A model generated the notes under the pieces. The model ran no database searches, was not told where the DNA came from, and worked only from the letters and a program-made list of their open reading frames with translations. 64,000 nt of DNA from Camelus ferus. Lineage: Eukaryota. This document shows, piece after piece, positions 61,021 to 64,000 of the stretch (position 1 is its first letter; each line of letters starts with the position of its first letter). The stretch covers positions 10,416,001-10,480,000 of the forward strand of contig NC_045706.1 of assembly GCF_009834535.1 (NCBI RefSeq). The letters are read 5' to 3'. Both the position numbers and the translations under genes were made by a program.

Positions 61021-61745
61021 TCCAAAGCTATGCCTAAGCCACAAATTTCCAGAGTGGTGGGAACTAGAGAGTCACATTCTTGGGGTCACCTCTGACCCAA
61101 GGCTTCTGCATCAGATCAATCCAGATGGAGGTTTCTGAAAGCATCCGCAGTGGTTCTGCCAATTGGCCAAGACTGAGAAGCACTGCAGGAGAGAATCTCT
61201 GGGGCCCCTCCCAGCTCTGGCAGCAGGAGCCTGACTGACTCTTGATTTATCTAATCTACTGCTCAGGAAGACCCGGGAAAAAATTTGTCACCATGACCCA
61301 GAAGATGAGAGAGCAAGAAAAAGACCTTTGGGCCAGCCTCAAATGCAGAAACAAAGGTGGCTGCATCCACGTCACAGAGCAGAGGCCCTAGGAATTGGTC
61401 TCCCCAGGTGGTCCACAGGACATGACCGGGAAAATGACCCTGGGGGCTGCCACGACCAACCCTTCAGCTCAGACCATCCCAGTGGTTCTTCCTCTGCCTA
61501 GAGCGGCTCTAGTTTACAACTAGTGGTCAGGATTTCTCCCTGGCTTCCCTCTTCTGCCCAATACCATGCCCTTGGTCCCACACAAACCTTGCACTCCAGA
61601 GAGCCCCAGCGTTTAAACTTTGAAAAACTATGCTGGTGTCTAACTTGTCACAAGGCTGGAAAAGAACAGCAGACGGGGATACTGAGTTCACCTGAAGACA
61701 CTGCTCTCTTCTGTCCTTTCTTGGGAAAACTCAGCAGAGTCTTAA

Positions 61746-61789
61746 CTTTTATTCAGCTCTTTTATTCAGCCCTTTTATTCAGCTCTTTT
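61746..61789 (-). repeat. 13-bp tandem repeat, about 3.4 copies, each with AATAAA on the minus strand
   Basis: cttttattcagct / cttttattcagcc / cttttattcagct / ctttt. Confidence 0.95.
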
Positions 61790-61970
61790 TAAGTATTTTA
61801 CCTGTCCTCTCTTATTTAACAATTTCAACAATCTTATGATCAAAGGACATTATTATCTTCATTTTATAGATAAGAAAACCAGGGTGTGAGAAGGCCAGGT
61901 CCCGTAGCTGGTGCCTGGCGGAAGCAGGTACTGAGCCCAGTTAGCCTGACTCTGGGAGCTACACACTCAG
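61790..61970 (-). mobile_element. MIR SINE
   Basis: ttaacaatttcaacaatcttatg...cttcattttatagataagaaaaccagggtgtgagaagg...tactgagcccagttagcctgactct. Confidence 0.7.
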
Positions 61971-64000
61971 CCGCTGGCGCTGCCTCCCATATTTAAACCC
62001 AGAGAAAAGGACCAGCTGCCCTCCCGCCAAGCCTCTCAGGAAGGGCCTGAGACTGGAGAAGGAGAAAGAGAGTGAAGTCAAGATTTTCAGCTTGCACTCT
62101 CAGTCCTACTATTTATGTTTTCACAATAATGATTTATTTCCTTGGGACATATAATTTTAACATATTAAAATTTTTGGAGTATTTATTTTATTCCATCACA
62201 CTAAAAAATAAAAGTTGATTACCCTCCTCTGTGCACACTTGGACTCTGTCAGCGCTCTACCAAGGGACACGTCCTATTGCATAGCCCTGAGTTACAGGCA
62301 CATGTGTCTTGTCAAAAGCAGGAGCACATCTGCTCCCCTGGATCCACCCAGATGCTCCCCAGAGCCCAGGCATCTGGTGGGGACTACCTAAACACGTGTA
62401 GGTGTGGTCCTAGCAAGAAGTTAGACAATGACTCAGCAAGCCAAAAGTATCTTCTATGGGCATTCACAGGCTTCCAGAAGAGTCACACGATTAGGCCTGT
62501 CTTCCAGGCATCACTGATATAACTCCCCCTTTTATGTTCAAATGTAACTTAAATGAACCATAGCTTCCATGTTCAGGCCACCTGTTTATTTCCAGGGATC
62601 CAAGCATTGACCAGGGGTAACCTAACAAGAAAACAACTAAGAAACTAATCCCTCCCACATAAATTTCTTCTGGCTTAAACTTTTCCCTCCGTACATTTGC
62701 GAAAAGGTTGAAGGATGATTTATAATAAAAGATACAAATTATATAACTACAATTAAAAATAATAAAAAATCATATAGCCACATGAAAGACAAGAGGAGAT
62801 ATTCTTCAAGAAGTTTATCATAAAATTACTACTGCCTTGGGTATGAAATATAACTTTGAGCTTCCTATCAGCCAAGTCAAAAAGAGAAATATCATCCACT
62901 GATTAAAGGAATCATGTTAGGTCTTCAGGAAAGGAAGGGAGGGAGGGGGAGGCAGAGACTTGCCTAGAATGTAACATGAAGTAGTTCAAGGACTACAGAG
63001 TAACTCAACTGACAAGGTCTCCAGTGAAGTTATGCATAGTTCAAGATGTAAAAAATATTTCTCAGCATGTATATCACTCATGACAACCCTTAAGGAAAAC
63101 TGGAGGTGTGGTATCCAATTGCAATTCGGTGGAAGGATTTTGTCAAGGAGCTAAACTAACCATCCAAATGACAGTCGTCCTGTTTGATCATCTAATTTGA
63201 TGTATACTGATGTTAGGTGTTCAGCTCCTGAAAGCAGAAGTGAAATTTTAATACGTGTAATTTGATTTTTAAAAAGTGAAGAGAAAGGTGATCAGAAGTT
63301 GACCGAGAGAATCTAACTGTGTAAGAACAAGATAGGAAACTACGTATTTCACTTAAGAATATCTAAAAGACTTAAAGAAATTAACATTGAGAAAACATGG
63401 CAAAACCCCTGCTGATGAAGGTCAGCTTTGGGGAAATGGGACAGTCATTCCGCCCCGTGACGAGTGACGTGAAGTCCTAAATCAGCCTATGCAGGAGCCC
63501 CAAAGCCCTGGGCTGGTGGAGGCAGCCGTTGGAAACTGTCACCAGAAGAAAGGTTCCATTAGAAATTCTTGCAGAGACCCAGGCTGTGTCTTTCCCTGTC
63601 TAGCTGGTCTCTCCCGTCGATGGTGGCCATCAAGGTTCAATGAGAACAGATTTCTCAGTAGCCCTGTCCTCTAGCACCCTCTGGTTTTGGTAGTTACAGG
63701 TCAAAGGCAAGGCCAGGGCTTCCCTGATAGATGTGAAAAGTGGGTGTGGCAGCAGGTGGCCAGGCTTCAAGTTGTCTAAGACCTCCCCAACCTCTGAAAC
63801 TCCTCAAGAACTTTTTCACATTGATTAAATTATAAACATTTATTAAGTCGACAGCAGAAGCCTGGAATGATGCTATCAAATTTTATTTATTCATATCCAA
63901 CCTCATTCTACAAAGAATTTGAAACAGGTTTATGATACAACAGCAAATACATATATGGTAAAATAGAAAATATAAACTTAAAAAAAAAAAGAGAGCCAGA

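Noticed and set aside
62620-62900. Possible MamRep605-like ancient repeat (also beginning near 63880)
   Set aside because: Recalled similarity (gagcttcctatcagccaagtcaaaaagagaaa) was too uncertain to call without a Dfam search.

Overview
Mammalian non-coding DNA, either a large intron or intergenic sequence. No protein-coding exon, tRNA, rRNA or CRISPR array could be recognised with confidence, and the ORF track is mostly repeat-derived or random. Old eutherian repeats (L1M, L2, MIR, MLT1/MLT2, MER5/58/63, Tigger1) cover much of the window. There are two young L1 fragments, each interrupted by an N gap, and several ERV1-type LTRs. No Alu, B1, CHR, Bov-tA, PRE1 or SINEC elements were seen; together with the form of the young L1 3' end this suggests a camelid (inference). 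L1 orientation and poly(A)/poly(T) bias point to a minus-strand transcription unit over roughly 17-64 kb, with candidate terminal exons at about 27.1, 20.4 and 19.0 kb; its identity was not recognised. The most notable signals are (1) an orphan CpG island near 38 kb with a 39-bp tandem repeat of NRF1-like and MARE-like sites and a candidate first exon ending ATG|GTGAGA, (2) an L1 fossil near 23.1-23.7 kb almost entirely converted A/T->G/C, which looks like a recombination-hotspot scar and now carries a 189-codon ORF, and (3) an LTR nested inside a related LTR with both target-site duplications (TSDs) intact. Repeat family names come from recalled consensus motifs, and repeat boundaries are approximate unless a TSD is quoted.
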